From assembly GCA_024275145.1 (NCBI GenBank), contig JAJRZR010000111.1, positions 7,466 to 71,465 of the forward strand: DNA of 64,000 bases. The letters are read 5' to 3'. The notes below the pieces were generated by a model. It was not told the DNA's origin, did no database searches, and saw nothing but the letters and a program-made list of their open reading frames with translations. The stretch comes from Deltaproteobacteria bacterium (GTDB lineage: Bacteria; Desulfobacterota; Dissulfuribacteria; Dissulfuribacterales; QOAL01). The translations under genes were made by a program, and so were the position numbers. Positions 26,305 to 36,036 of the stretch are shown here, in pieces (positions within the stretch are counted from its first letter, which is position 1; each line of letters begins with the position of its first letter).

Positions 26305-28224
26305 TTAGAACCTGTATTCCAACCCCGCCTTGGCCATGCGGGGCATATCATAGTAGACATACCTGTTCGATGCCTCGGGACGCCTTTCACCTGTGGTTAC
26401 AAGGGTATCATCAAAGAGATTGTCCACGCCAAAGGTCAGGAAAAGATGTGGATTTACCCTGTATTTCCCTGTAAGGTACAGGCAGCTAAGGTCATTCAAA
26501 TCCCGTTCCCTTTTGAAGAGGTGATAGGTTCGGATGTCCAGATAAAACGTGCCGTCATCATAGGTGACCGCCGTGGAAAGCTGGATTTTGGGACCTGCCT
26601 GATAGTCCCTGCCTGATATATCCTCTGCTTTCGGATCGGCCCAGTAACCGCACAGGGACAGGCTCATGTTGGAAACCACTGAATCAACTTGACTGAATGG
26701 TTGCAATCTGGTTTGCCATTCAATGCCTGTAGATCTATATGAGCCGGCATTATAATAGTGAAGCGGGTAACCCTGGGAACGGTCGATCTCTATCTTGTCG
26801 TTATAGTTCATATAGAAACCAGCTAGCCTTATAGAGATCAGTGGGCTGTCCCATTTAAGCCCCACGTCATAGGTCCAGCCCTTTTCAGGTCCTAGGTTGG
26901 GATTTCCTTCCAGGAAGGTGCTTAAGTAGTAGAGGTTGTTGAACGTGGGGGCCTTGAAGGCCTTGCCTGCATTGGCAAAGAACGAAAGCTCCCTATTTGT
27001 CTCGTAGATAATGGCAAGGGTTGGAAGTAACCTTTCATAGTCTTCGGCCCCATATTTACCATCTATGAACTGCTCCCTTATCCCCAGGCTAGCAGTTATG
27101 TGGCCTGAAAAGGTATACTTAGCGTAGCCGAATACGGAGTAGTCATAACGCCTCTTGTATCCATATTGGTTGTTGTAGTCCGCATCTCTGCGGATATAAT
27201 CGGCACCGGTCACAATGGAGAGGTCCTTGAACGAAAAGTCGTAATTGATCTCTCCACCCCAGTTCCAGTTTTTGTTCATGTTTACTGACCTTGCCTGCCT
27301 CCATGCCCGTTTCCTTCTACTATATTTCCACTTCCTATTGGCATAGTTCATGTAGTCATTGAAGAAAAAGCCCTTGGCCAGGAGCCTGTTCCCTTTGTAT
27401 TTGATGTCTGCAAAATGTTTGAATTGCCGTTGATGGGAAATAGCCAGCGGATCTGGTCCACTTTCCTTGTCATTAATCTTGATATAGCCGGTATTGTTAT
27501 GGGAAAAGATGTAGTCAAGGGACAGATTGTCAGTAAGACTCACTCCGGCATTGAAATTGTATACATTGAGATCAGTGGTATTGTAATGATAGTCCTTGCT
27601 GAAATTATCAGAAAGATGGGCCTGTCCCCCTATGTGTTGATAGCCTAAATTAACAATGAAGTTTTTTCCGTAACAACTGATTGAATTGTTCAGATATTTA
27701 AAGTCACCTGCTTCAATTTTTACGTCTGCACCTTTTTTCTTTATCCTTGTCCTGGTGATTATATTGATGATTCCGGTCATGGCGTCCGCCCCATAGAGGG
27801 TGGATGCGGCTCCGCGGACGATCTCGACTTGCTTGATTGCATTAAGCGGAATCATATTGAGATCATAGGATTTGCTGGAGGCGTTTTGTATCGGAAGGCC
27901 ATTTATCAAGACAAGTTCCCCGCCATAGACCCCTCTTAGTAAAAGTTCACTGTTCATGCCCCCATGGCTCGTGCCAAGTACCCCGAGTGATTTATAGGCA
28001 AGGCCACCGCTTCGTTTTAGGGCATCTATCAAGTTTGTGGCACCACTCGCCATGAGTTCCTTCCGGTTTATGACCGTGACGTACTTGGCAGTGTCTTTTT
28101 CCTGTACCTCAACCTTCTCGGCAGTGACGATGACCGGTCCTATCTCCACCAAGGACCCGGCGTATGCTGGCAATGCTGTCAAGGTGGACATCAAAAACGA
28201 AAAAAATAAGGCAAAAAATCGCAT
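26305..28224 (-). CDS. TonB-dependent outer-membrane receptor (BtuB-like by context)
   Basis: Signal peptide MRFFALFFSFLMSTLTALPAYA after an AGGAGG RBS. TonB-box/plug region (VIVTAEK...). The C-terminal beta-barrel ends ...AGLEYRF. It lies directly downstream of the cobalamin riboswitch. Confidence 0.9.
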   Translation of the reverse strand: MRFFALFFSFLMSTLTALPAYAGSLVEIGPVIVTAEKVEVQEKDTAKYVTVINRKELMASGATNLIDALKRSGGLAYKSLGVLGTSHGGMNSELLLRGVYGGELVLINGLPIQNASSKSYDLNMIPLNAIKQVEIVRGAASTLYGADAMTGIINIITRTRIKKKGADVKIEAGDFKYLNNSISCYGKNFIVNLGYQHIGGQAHLSDNFSKDYHYNTTDLNVYNFNAGVSLTDNLSLDYIFSHNNTGYIKINDKESGPDPLAISHQRQFKHFADIKYKGNRLLAKGFFFNDYMNYANRKWKYSRRKRAWRQARSVNMNKNWNWGGEINYDFSFKDLSIVTGADYIRRDADYNNQYGYKRRYDYSVFGYAKYTFSGHITASLGIREQFIDGKYGAEDYERLLPTLAIIYETNRELSFFANAGKAFKAPTFNNLYYLSTFLEGNPNLGPEKGWTYDVGLKWDSPLISIRLAGFYMNYNDKIEIDRSQGYPLHYYNAGSYRSTGIEWQTRLQPFSQVDSVVSNMSLSLCGYWADPKAEDISGRDYQAGPKIQLSTAVTYDDGTFYLDIRTYHLFKRERDLNDLSCLYLTGKYRVNPHLFLTFGVDNLFDDTLVTTGERRPEASNRYVYYDMPRMAKAGLEYRF

Positions 28225-28371
28225 ATCATCCTCCTGCCTCCTGATTCCCACGGTATCGCCAGGTTTTGCAGGTACGTGTCGGAAACTTGATGCTGGCAGG
28301 GTCTATTCCCAATTGGCGGGGGAAGAAAACAGGGCATGGATAGAGGGTAGGGGTTGCCTTGCAGGGCTTAT

Positions 28372-28408
28372 AAACGAAAAAGCCCGGCATCGCGCAACGA
28401 TCCGGACT
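28372..28408 (-). terminator. Intrinsic terminator in the riboswitch expression platform
   Basis: The minus strand reads GUCCGGAUCG-UUGCG-CGAUGCCGGGC followed by UUUUUCGUUU. That is about 10 bp of stem with one bulge plus a U-tract, between the aptamer and the receptor start codon. Confidence 0.6.
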
Positions 28409-28465
28409 TTTGTTACAAAAAAGATACCCGGACAGGCCTTTAGCCGCGAAGCCTTCCTTCTTCCC

Positions 28466-28647
28466 CCTAGGCCGGTATCCCGGCTTGTGGATCGTTCTAC
28501 TGACTGCGCCTTCCCATGGCCAGGTTTGCTTGAACCGGCAAAGATGCCACAGTGGCTATGTGCAGCCTTCGTCCCCACTTACGGTTGCGGGCCAGCGCCG
28601 GATTTTCACCGGCTTCCCGATTAATTCTGCAACGGCAGAAACCTAGG
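28466..28647 (-). promoter_or_regulatory. Cobalamin (B12) riboswitch aptamer
   Basis: The minus strand carries AAUCGGGAAGCCGGUGAAAAUCCGGCGCUGGCCCGCAACCGUAA, then GCCACUG, then AUGGGAAGGCG, then a B12-box-like AGUCAGUAGAAC. A CCUAGG/CCUAGG pair closes P1 (28642-28647 with 28466-28471). Confidence 0.9.
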
Positions 28648-29049
28648 GTGGATATATATAAGATATGTGTTTTCAATGGCGTTTGTTTACGAACGCCTCG
28701 CTTATGCCGCCTATTGAGCACAAGGCATAAAATTCAAACAATGTTAACCTAAGGTTTGATTATGTCAAGGGCCAACTGGTGTGTCGAGCCAGCCATTACG
28801 GGCCTGGACGCTTTTACTGCATGCGCTCATAGGGCTTGGAGCTTTTACCTTCTATGGTCTGGCCATAAGGACATGGCGAAGATATGGTAATAGGGCCTGT
28901 TCAGGCCTGGACTTCCCGGGTAGATTGTCTGGTGACGATCAGGGGAGCCCTTTGAAAAGGATTTGCCGTTAAGATACATCCTGTCCTTGAGCCATGTTTT
29001 CGTGCCCGGAGATGCGGCGTCAAGGGTGGGGCTGCATAAAGGCTTGACA

Positions 29050-29838
29050 ATGAAGAACGCGGGATTCGCGCTATATCCCATAAACGATACAGGCGATAGA
29101 GGGCATTTTCGGCTCATGGTCTCCAGACAGGACATGTTGCTGCCAGGCTTCGTGGAGCTTTTGTTGAAAGACCGTGATGAAATAGGGCGGTTGACCACGG
29201 CCAGATCCATTTCTACTGTCCCCAGCACCAGTGTTTTCATGCTCAGTTTCAGGGACAGGGCTTACTATTTCAAGTATTTTAACCTAGAGGAGCTTACCAA
29301 GCGCATAAAGGCGGTATTCAGGGGGTCAAGGGCGTTTATGGCATGGAAGGGGGCCAATATATTGAGCAGTGCAGGGTGCGATACGCCCAGGGTCGTGGCG
29401 GTCAGGGAATTTACAGGAATCAAAAGGGGTATGCCATCACTCCTGGTTACAGAGGCGTATGAAGGCCTTTCCTTGAGGATTCTTAGCCGAACCAGGCCTA
29501 TGTCAGCAAAGGTACAAAGGGATATGGCCAGGGCCCTTGGAGCAGATCTTGCCAGGATGCACAACAAGGGGGTTGTCCACGGAGACCTGCATCCTGGCAA
29601 TGTGCTCGTCAAGGAGAAAGGCGGTCGGTATTACTTTGCCTACCTGGATACTGAAAGGGCAACCGTCAGGGGTGGGGAGAAAGGGATATTGAGGGATCTT
29701 GCGTTGTTGAATCATCCAAATCTCGGCTCGATCACACCTATGGCACGTACGTATTTTCTACTGTCCTATTCCAGGCACCGTGGGTTTTCAGCAGGGCAGG
29801 CCAGGATTTTGATGGGAAAGGTTGCCGGGCTCAGCTAA
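29050..29838 (+). CDS. Lipopolysaccharide kinase (Kdo/WaaP) family protein
   Basis: Protein-kinase-like catalytic loop VVHGDLHPGNVLV and downstream YLDTER. The internal ATG at 29050 was chosen as the start. Confidence 0.75.
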   Translation: MKNAGFALYPINDTGDRGHFRLMVSRQDMLLPGFVELLLKDRDEIGRLTTARSISTVPSTSVFMLSFRDRAYYFKYFNLEELTKRIKAVFRGSRAFMAWKGANILSSAGCDTPRVVAVREFTGIKRGMPSLLVTEAYEGLSLRILSRTRPMSAKVQRDMARALGADLARMHNKGVVHGDLHPGNVLVKEKGGRYYFAYLDTERATVRGGEKGILRDLALLNHPNLGSITPMARTYFLLSYSRHRGFSAGQARILMGKVAGLS

Positions 29839-29865
29839 AGGCGTTACAGGCGATAAGGACCGGAT

Positions 29866-31122
29866 ATGCGGGATGAACATTTGATAGAAAATACATGTCG
29901 GGTAAGGATAAAGGCAAGGATTGCCTATGTGCTTACCAGATTCCCTCAACCAACGGAGACCTTCATATTGAACGAACTCATGGAGATGCGGCGCCAGGGC
30001 CTGGAATACGAACTCTTTGCCTTTCATGTCAACCAGGATCTGGCCTCCTTGTCCCCTTACAGCGCGATCACCCCCAGACAGATCCCAAGGCCCTTGACAC
30101 GAGAGGTGCTCGCTGCCGCGGCATGGGCCCTGCGGTCCAGGCCCACGGTATTGGCAAGGCTTCTGAGACGCAGGGTATGCCGCAGGACACATCATCTCTT
30201 CCAGGCCATGTACCTTGGAAGGCTGGCTGCCCATGGACGTATTGGACATTTTCATGCTCACTATGCATATCATTCCACGTCAGCCGCCAGGGCAGCGGCG
30301 TGTATAGGTAGGGTGGGATACAGTTTTACGGCCCATGCCAATGACATATATAAGTCACGGTGGCAGCTCAAGGAAAAGATAGAAGAAAGCGTGTTTTGCG
30401 CCACATGTACTGGTTATAATGCAAGATTTTTGAAAGAGAGGTTCGCGGCCGGGTGTCCTGAAAAGATCCTGAAGATCTATCATGGGATCGACCTAAACAT
30501 GTTTCGTGACCAGGCAAGAGGGCAGCAGGGTCCTGCAGGTGATGGCTGCCTGAACGTGGTGTCCATAGGTCGGCTCAGGGAGAAAAAGGGATTTCCCTAT
30601 CTCCTCAGGGCATGCAGTTTATTGAAGAAAAAGGGAATCGTCCTTTCATTGAAGATAATAGGAGATGGGCCGGACAGGCCATCCCTTGAGGCCATGATCA
30701 AGGATCTGGGGCTTGGTGGCATGGTGGAGCTTATGGGGCACATACCCCATGCCAGTGTCAAGGTCGTACTGGAAAGGGCAGATGTATTTGTACTCCCCTG
30801 CATAGTGGCTACTGATGGAAGTATGGATGGATTGCCCAACGTAATCCTAGAGGCCATGGCCATGGGGCTTCCAGTGGTATCGACTGACATATCAGCCATA
30901 CCTGAGGCAGTGCTTCATGGCGAAACTGGCCTTTTGGTGCAACCCGCCGATCCGGTTGCATTGGCCGATGCCCTCGCTTCCATCTGGAGAGCGCCGGAGA
31001 TGGGGGCAAAGATGGGCCGGGCCGGTAGGGAGGTGATAAGGAAACGCTTTGGTTTGGAAGAGAACACAAGAAGGCTTATCAGAGAGTTTGAGAGGGTACT
31101 GGCGGGTGTCTCTTCATCTTAG
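29866..31122 (+). CDS. Glycosyltransferase family 4 (GT-B, RfaG-like)
   Basis: C-terminal GT1/GT4 signature: VFVLPC...DGLPNVILEAMAMGLPVVSTDISAIPEAV..GETGLLV. Confidence 0.85.
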   Translation: MRDEHLIENTCRVRIKARIAYVLTRFPQPTETFILNELMEMRRQGLEYELFAFHVNQDLASLSPYSAITPRQIPRPLTREVLAAAAWALRSRPTVLARLLRRRVCRRTHHLFQAMYLGRLAAHGRIGHFHAHYAYHSTSAARAAACIGRVGYSFTAHANDIYKSRWQLKEKIEESVFCATCTGYNARFLKERFAAGCPEKILKIYHGIDLNMFRDQARGQQGPAGDGCLNVVSIGRLREKKGFPYLLRACSLLKKKGIVLSLKIIGDGPDRPSLEAMIKDLGLGGMVELMGHIPHASVKVVLERADVFVLPCIVATDGSMDGLPNVILEAMAMGLPVVSTDISAIPEAVLHGETGLLVQPADPVALADALASIWRAPEMGAKMGRAGREVIRKRFGLEENTRRLIREFERVLAGVSSS

Positions 31123-31127
31123 TGTGT

Positions 31128-31823
31128 ATGGAAGGCTTTAAAAAGATAAGGGCAGGATCTCTCAGGATCCTGTTGAGGGATGGCTATTATTCATCGGATC
31201 TCCTGGAGGCATTGGCCGCACCTGATTACCTAATCGACCAGGCATCCAGGCTGTACAAGGATTCAAAACGGACCATCGCCGGACGGGTCGAGATAGGGGG
31301 GCAGGATTTCTTTTTGAAACGTTACAATCTGAGGGGTCCAATCCATACCATGCGGCGCTGCCTTCGTCCGTCCAGGCCTGTACAGGTGGCCAATACGGCC
31401 CTGCACCTGTTAAATAACCAAGTGTCCTCACCATCCCCTGTGGCGGTAATAGAACGTTACCGCCTCGGCATCAAACTTGAGACATACCTTTTGACCGAAT
31501 TCATACCCTCTAAGCGGGTAAGGGACCTGCTGTCCAGTGGATTGACCAGGCAGGAAAGGAACACGATAATATCAAGGGTTGCGGGATTGGTCGCCGCCAT
31601 TCACAAGGCAAGGGTTGTCCATGGCGACCTGAAGGCAAACAATATAATAATTCAGGAACATAGTGAAGGTTGCCGGCCATGGATTGTGGATTTGGACGGT
31701 GCCAGGATCAAGTGGTGGTTTTCTCAAGGAGACAGGGTAGAGGACCTAGGCAGGCTGCTAAATTCCTTCCTGGATATGCTACCAGTCTACCTGTTCTACA
31801 GATTTTTTTACTCCTATCTGTAA
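31128..31823 (+). CDS. Lipopolysaccharide kinase (Kdo/WaaP) family protein, second copy
   Basis: VVHGDLKANNIII catalytic loop and IVDLDGA. ATG at 31128, which is 6 nt inside the listed ORF. Confidence 0.75.
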   Translation: MEGFKKIRAGSLRILLRDGYYSSDLLEALAAPDYLIDQASRLYKDSKRTIAGRVEIGGQDFFLKRYNLRGPIHTMRRCLRPSRPVQVANTALHLLNNQVSSPSPVAVIERYRLGIKLETYLLTEFIPSKRVRDLLSSGLTRQERNTIISRVAGLVAAIHKARVVHGDLKANNIIIQEHSEGCRPWIVDLDGARIKWWFSQGDRVEDLGRLLNSFLDMLPVYLFYRFFYSYL

Positions 31824-32018
31824 TCGGCAGGTATCCAGGCTGGTAGGGAAGAAAAAAGGCGGATGCTGTATGGGATAGAAAGGGTGGCTACCATGCACCG
31901 GAGACGCCAGCAGAACAAGAGGTCTTGATCTGGACCGGATGTACAGGGATATATCTTTTACAGCTATCTGGATAGAAGGCAGGAGCCTTCAAAAATCCAA
32001 ATACCATGCCATGGACCG

Positions 32019-33308
32019 TTGGCGGTTCGATTTTTGATGATACAGGATACAACAACTGAGACAAAGGAGGGAAGGATATCAGTCTGTTTATGGATAGGTC
32101 CTCTTGCCTGGCTTTCCTTCCTGCTTTTCATATTCTTGTTGCCTTTCAGGGGGCAGCTGGGATCGATCCTGTCCATACCCAGGAGCCTGCTCCTGTTTTT
32201 CATGGTGTTGGGTCTTGTAAGGAGTGCGGCCCTGGGCCGTTGGGTGAGAACCGGGCTCGATTGGCCCATATGGACCTACTGTATCGTCATGTTGGTCTCT
32301 GCCTTCCTTTCAGTGGACGTAAGGTATAGCGTCTCGTCGGTGGTGCACGATCTCGTTCCCTTTCTCATCGTTTTTCATACCGGGGCCTGCCTGATAATAA
32401 ACCCCGGCCGGATGCGCCAATTCATTTGGATGATACTGACCGCCTCCGCTTTGGTTTTGTTCCTGGGCTTCTTTCCCCCAACCATTCAGGATGGAAGGCT
32501 TCAGGGTATCTTCCCGGTGGCTACGAGATATGGAAAGTACCTGGATTTGTTGATTCCTGTGACCATAGCGTCGTTTTTGAACGTCAATGGTGCCAGGCTT
32601 GCCGTTCCCATTTTTCTCCTTGCTGCCGGGCAGGTCGGCGCTCTGGCCTGGAATGCCACCAGGGGGGCCATCATAGGTATATTTTCATCCTTGCTGTTCA
32701 TGTCCGTTTTCCGGAGAAAGATACTTGTTGCACTGGTACTTACGCTCATAGGCGGGGGGCTTTTCCTGGGAATATGGCCTGCCACGGATTACGACCTTGT
32801 CAGGGTGGAGGGGCTTTTCAGATCTCCAGCCAGACTCATTGCAAGTGATCCGGCGCTCAAAGACAGAAAGGGATATTTCAGGACCAGTATTTCGTTCATC
32901 CGGGAAAGGCCTGTCCTGGGCTGGGGCTATGGAAGACGGATAGCCCGCTTCGTCAGTGCGGCACATGACGAACAGTGGTACTTGAAAAGGGATCTGAAGC
33001 CTTTAAAATGGCACGCCCACAATATGATCCTTGAGATTCTGCTTGAAGGTGGAATCCTTGGGCTCGTCGCTGCGATGTGGATCTCGTGGAGATATGTGTC
33101 AATTGTCTATGAGGTTCTTGTAAGGCACAGAATATTCAACAGGGAGCCGGTTGTCCTTGGATTAGTTGGGGCGATTATGGCTATATCGATACATTCCATG
33201 GTATCCGTGCCACAATGGTCCAATACCCTCTTGGCCGTAAGTTACATTAGTGTTACAGTCGGCTATTTTTCAAAAAAATCCTGTGCCGGATGTGGCCAAC
33301 CGATTTGA
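32019..33308 (+). CDS. O-antigen ligase (Wzy_C) family membrane protein
   Basis: About 10-12 predicted transmembrane helices. The Wzy_C-like loop is WNATRGAIIG...HAHNMILEILLEGGILGL. The start codon is uncertain. Confidence 0.7.
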   Translation: MAVRFLMIQDTTTETKEGRISVCLWIGPLAWLSFLLFIFLLPFRGQLGSILSIPRSLLLFFMVLGLVRSAALGRWVRTGLDWPIWTYCIVMLVSAFLSVDVRYSVSSVVHDLVPFLIVFHTGACLIINPGRMRQFIWMILTASALVLFLGFFPPTIQDGRLQGIFPVATRYGKYLDLLIPVTIASFLNVNGARLAVPIFLLAAGQVGALAWNATRGAIIGIFSSLLFMSVFRRKILVALVLTLIGGGLFLGIWPATDYDLVRVEGLFRSPARLIASDPALKDRKGYFRTSISFIRERPVLGWGYGRRIARFVSAAHDEQWYLKRDLKPLKWHAHNMILEILLEGGILGLVAAMWISWRYVSIVYEVLVRHRIFNREPVVLGLVGAIMAISIHSMVSVPQWSNTLLAVSYISVTVGYFSKKSCAGCGQPI

Positions 33309-33784
33309 CTATGGTATGATTCCAGACATTCATGCGGCCGTGTCCTTGGCTCGGCGTCTACCCCCAGTGCATGAAAAAACACGGTCCCGGGGCTGGATGC
33401 ACTTTAACAGTAAAATCCGGATCATACAGCTCGCAAGCTTGCCAGAGAGCGGGGCGGAGGACGCATAGACATACTTCGATACTTCAGTTATGCGACAACA
33501 AAGTGGATTCGGCAAAATCGCAAGCCCTTTACGGCTTCAAGTGCCGGGCGTTTTTGCTGTTGTAACTTGTATCATTTGGGTGAATAACCCTATTATATTT
33601 AATAATACATTGAAATTATAAAATAAATTGTTTTGTTTGGCAATTAAAGTGCATAACCCGGGTAAAATTGTACGTTATCGGGCTTGCCTAAGTAGACGTG
33701 CTTTCTTGTTGCCAGGTCCTGGTGGAACCCTGGGAACGAGGGATCGGGAGATTATGGATCCGGTGGGATCAAGGAGGAACAGTA

Positions 33785-34846
33785 ATGGCCAGGCGTTATT
33801 ACGGGTTGTCGGCAACGATCTTTTTTCTGCTAATGGGTGCCCTTTACACCAATGGTTCCTTTGCAGGCATAAGGATTACCGGTGCAGGTGCCACGTTTCC
33901 TTACCCTATCTATGCCAAGTGGGCCTACAGTTACGGCAAGGTGACGGGCGTAAGGATCAACTATCAGTCAATAGGATCAGGCGGTGGTATACAGCAGATC
34001 AAGGCAGGCACCGTTGACTTTGGGGCCTCCGATGCCCCGCTCGAAACAGAGGAGCTGGAAAAGTTTGGGTTGATACAATTTCCAATGGTGATAGGTGGAG
34101 TAGTTCCGGTATTCAACCTAAAGGGAATCAAGGGTGGACAACTTAGGATGACAGGGGAGGTTCTGGCATCGATATATCTTGGCAAGATAAGGAAATGGGA
34201 TGATCCAAGGCTTGTCGCCCTGAATCCAGGGCTCAAGCTGCCCTCTAGATCCATAACGGTGGTCCACCGTTCCGATGGATCGGGTACCACCTGGATATTT
34301 ACCAGGTATCTGAGCCAGGTTAGCGATGAATGGAAGAAAAAAGCCGGTTTTGGCAAGGCGGTTCAATGGCCGGCCGGGGTAGGAGGCAAGGGCAACGAAG
34401 GGGTGGCCGCCTATGCCAAGCGCATAAACGGTGCCCTTGGTTATGTTGAATACGCCTATGCCAAGCAAAACAGGCTCAATCCGGTGGCACTCAAAAACCG
34501 GGATGGAAACTTTGTGCTGCCATCCGCCCAGACCTTTGAGGCAGCTGCAAGTAATGCCGATTGGGAACATACCCCTGGTCTAGGGGTCGTTCTTACCAAC
34601 CAGCCGGGCAGGGATTCATGGCCTGTCACTGGTGCCTCGTTCATCCTCATGCGTAAGGATCAAAGCAACCTTGAAAAGGCGCAAGAAGTGCTTAAATTTT
34701 TTGATTGGTGCTACCATAATGGCCGTCAGTCCGCGTTAAAACTGGATTATATCCCTGTGCCCTTGAATGTTGTGGGTATAGTGGAAAAACTCTGGGCATA
34801 TAGCCTCAAGGCATCTGGAAGACCTGTATGGCTCGCAAGACAGTAG
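33785..34846 (+). CDS. pstS: Phosphate ABC transporter substrate-binding protein PstS
   Basis: AGGAGG RBS before the ATG at 33785. Signal peptide, then GAGATFPYPIYAKW, YQSIGSGGGI and RSDGSGTT motifs. Confidence 0.9.
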   Translation: MARRYYGLSATIFFLLMGALYTNGSFAGIRITGAGATFPYPIYAKWAYSYGKVTGVRINYQSIGSGGGIQQIKAGTVDFGASDAPLETEELEKFGLIQFPMVIGGVVPVFNLKGIKGGQLRMTGEVLASIYLGKIRKWDDPRLVALNPGLKLPSRSITVVHRSDGSGTTWIFTRYLSQVSDEWKKKAGFGKAVQWPAGVGGKGNEGVAAYAKRINGALGYVEYAYAKQNRLNPVALKNRDGNFVLPSAQTFEAAASNADWEHTPGLGVVLTNQPGRDSWPVTGASFILMRKDQSNLEKAQEVLKFFDWCYHNGRQSALKLDYIPVPLNVVGIVEKLWAYSLKASGRPVWLARQ

Positions 34847-35097
34847 TGCGGTGGTTGCCCCAGGTCCGGTGGAAAATATTACCCATGAAAATGCACCTTT
34901 CATCAGGACTGTGGTGTATGTCCTGGGGGGCGGCGTCGAGGGTACGAGCCGTATGAAGGTTTGGTTACGGAACATGTACGGGCCCTTTTTGGTGGAACCT
35001 GTGACATGCAGTGCAAGCTCTATCCCTTGTTTACCTGTTATATTTGGCCTTGATGAGGGATATCTCCAGGTTACAGAAGAGGGGAAAATAGGACCCG

Positions 35098-36036
35098 ATG
35101 TCTGAAGATAGCCGTTCGAAGAGGCATCCTCCATGGGTGGAGGCGCTGTTCAAGGGCCTGACCAAGGGCGCCGGCAGCATGATCCTTGTGCTCCTTGCGG
35201 TTATGATGGTAGTGCTTTTCTATGATGCATGGCCATCGATCAAACAGTTCAAGCTGGGCTTTCTCGTCTCGACCAGTTGGAATCCGGTAACTCATCAATT
35301 CGGCGCACTGACCACAATAATCGGTACCCTGGTTTCAACGGCCCTGGCCATGTTGCTCGCCGTACCCCTTGCCGGTGGAGTGGCACTTTTCTTAACCGAA
35401 TTGTCGCCTGTGGTCCTGAGACCGATATTTAGTACGGCGATAGAGCTGCTCGCAGCAATTCCTTCGATAATCTACGGCATGTGGGGATTGTTTACCCTTG
35501 CCCCCCTGCTTGCAGACCATGTCCAACCCTGGATGACCGAACACCTGGGTTTTATCCCACTTTTCCAAGGACCTCCGATGGGAATCGGCATGTTCACTGC
35601 GGGTATAGTGCTTGCGATCATGATCCTGCCTTTCATGGCCTCGGTCATAAGGGATGTCTTTTTGATGACCCCGCAGGTACTCAAGGAGTCCGCCTATGGA
35701 TTGGGCGCTACCACCTGGGAGGTGGTCTGGCAGGTGGTCTTTCCCTATGGCAGGAGAGGGGTGGTGGTGGGGCTCTTTCTGGGGCTGGGGAGGGCTATGG
35801 GTGAGACAATGGCCGTCACCTTCGTTATCGGTAATGCCCACGAATTGTCCTGGTCCCTGTTCAACCCTGCAAACACCATCGCCTCAACCCTTGCGAACGA
35901 GTTTACAGAGGCATCCGACAGGCTCTATCTTTCGGCCCTAGTCGAATTGGGTCTGGTCTTGTTCCTTATCACGTTTATTGTCCTCGGTCTTGCCGAATGG
36001 TGGCTGAAACATTCGGCCCCTAGGGAGAAGAGATGA
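35098..36036 (+). CDS. pstC: Phosphate ABC transporter permease PstC
   Basis: Polytopic protein with an EAA-like loop (ESAYGLGATTWEVVWQVVFP). Confidence 0.9.
   Translation: MSEDSRSKRHPPWVEALFKGLTKGAGSMILVLLAVMMVVLFYDAWPSIKQFKLGFLVSTSWNPVTHQFGALTTIIGTLVSTALAMLLAVPLAGGVALFLTELSPVVLRPIFSTAIELLAAIPSIIYGMWGLFTLAPLLADHVQPWMTEHLGFIPLFQGPPMGIGMFTAGIVLAIMILPFMASVIRDVFLMTPQVLKESAYGLGATTWEVVWQVVFPYGRRGVVVGLFLGLGRAMGETMAVTFVIGNAHELSWSLFNPANTIASTLANEFTEASDRLYLSALVELGLVLFLITFIVLGLAEWWLKHSAPREKR

Noticed and set aside
28781-28972. A 63-aa ORF between the riboswitch promoter region and the first LPS kinase gene.
   Set aside because: It has no RBS or recognisable family, and it overlaps the 5' extension of the kinase ORF. 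It is probably non-coding divergent promoter DNA.
33557-33574. A Pho-box-like sequence, CTGTTGTAACTTGTATCA, in the AT-rich region upstream of pstS.
   Set aside because: Only the first heptamer resembles CTGTCAT (5/7). The second repeat is poor, and the site is more than 200 nt from the start codon. It cannot be supported without a lineage-specific PhoB matrix.
34851-35105. An 84-aa ORF in the pstS-pstC spacer. A similar ~57-codon ORF starts at 36973 in the pstA-pstB spacer.
   Set aside because: Neither has a convincing RBS or any motif. The second would overlap the pstB start. Both are treated as non-coding spacer.
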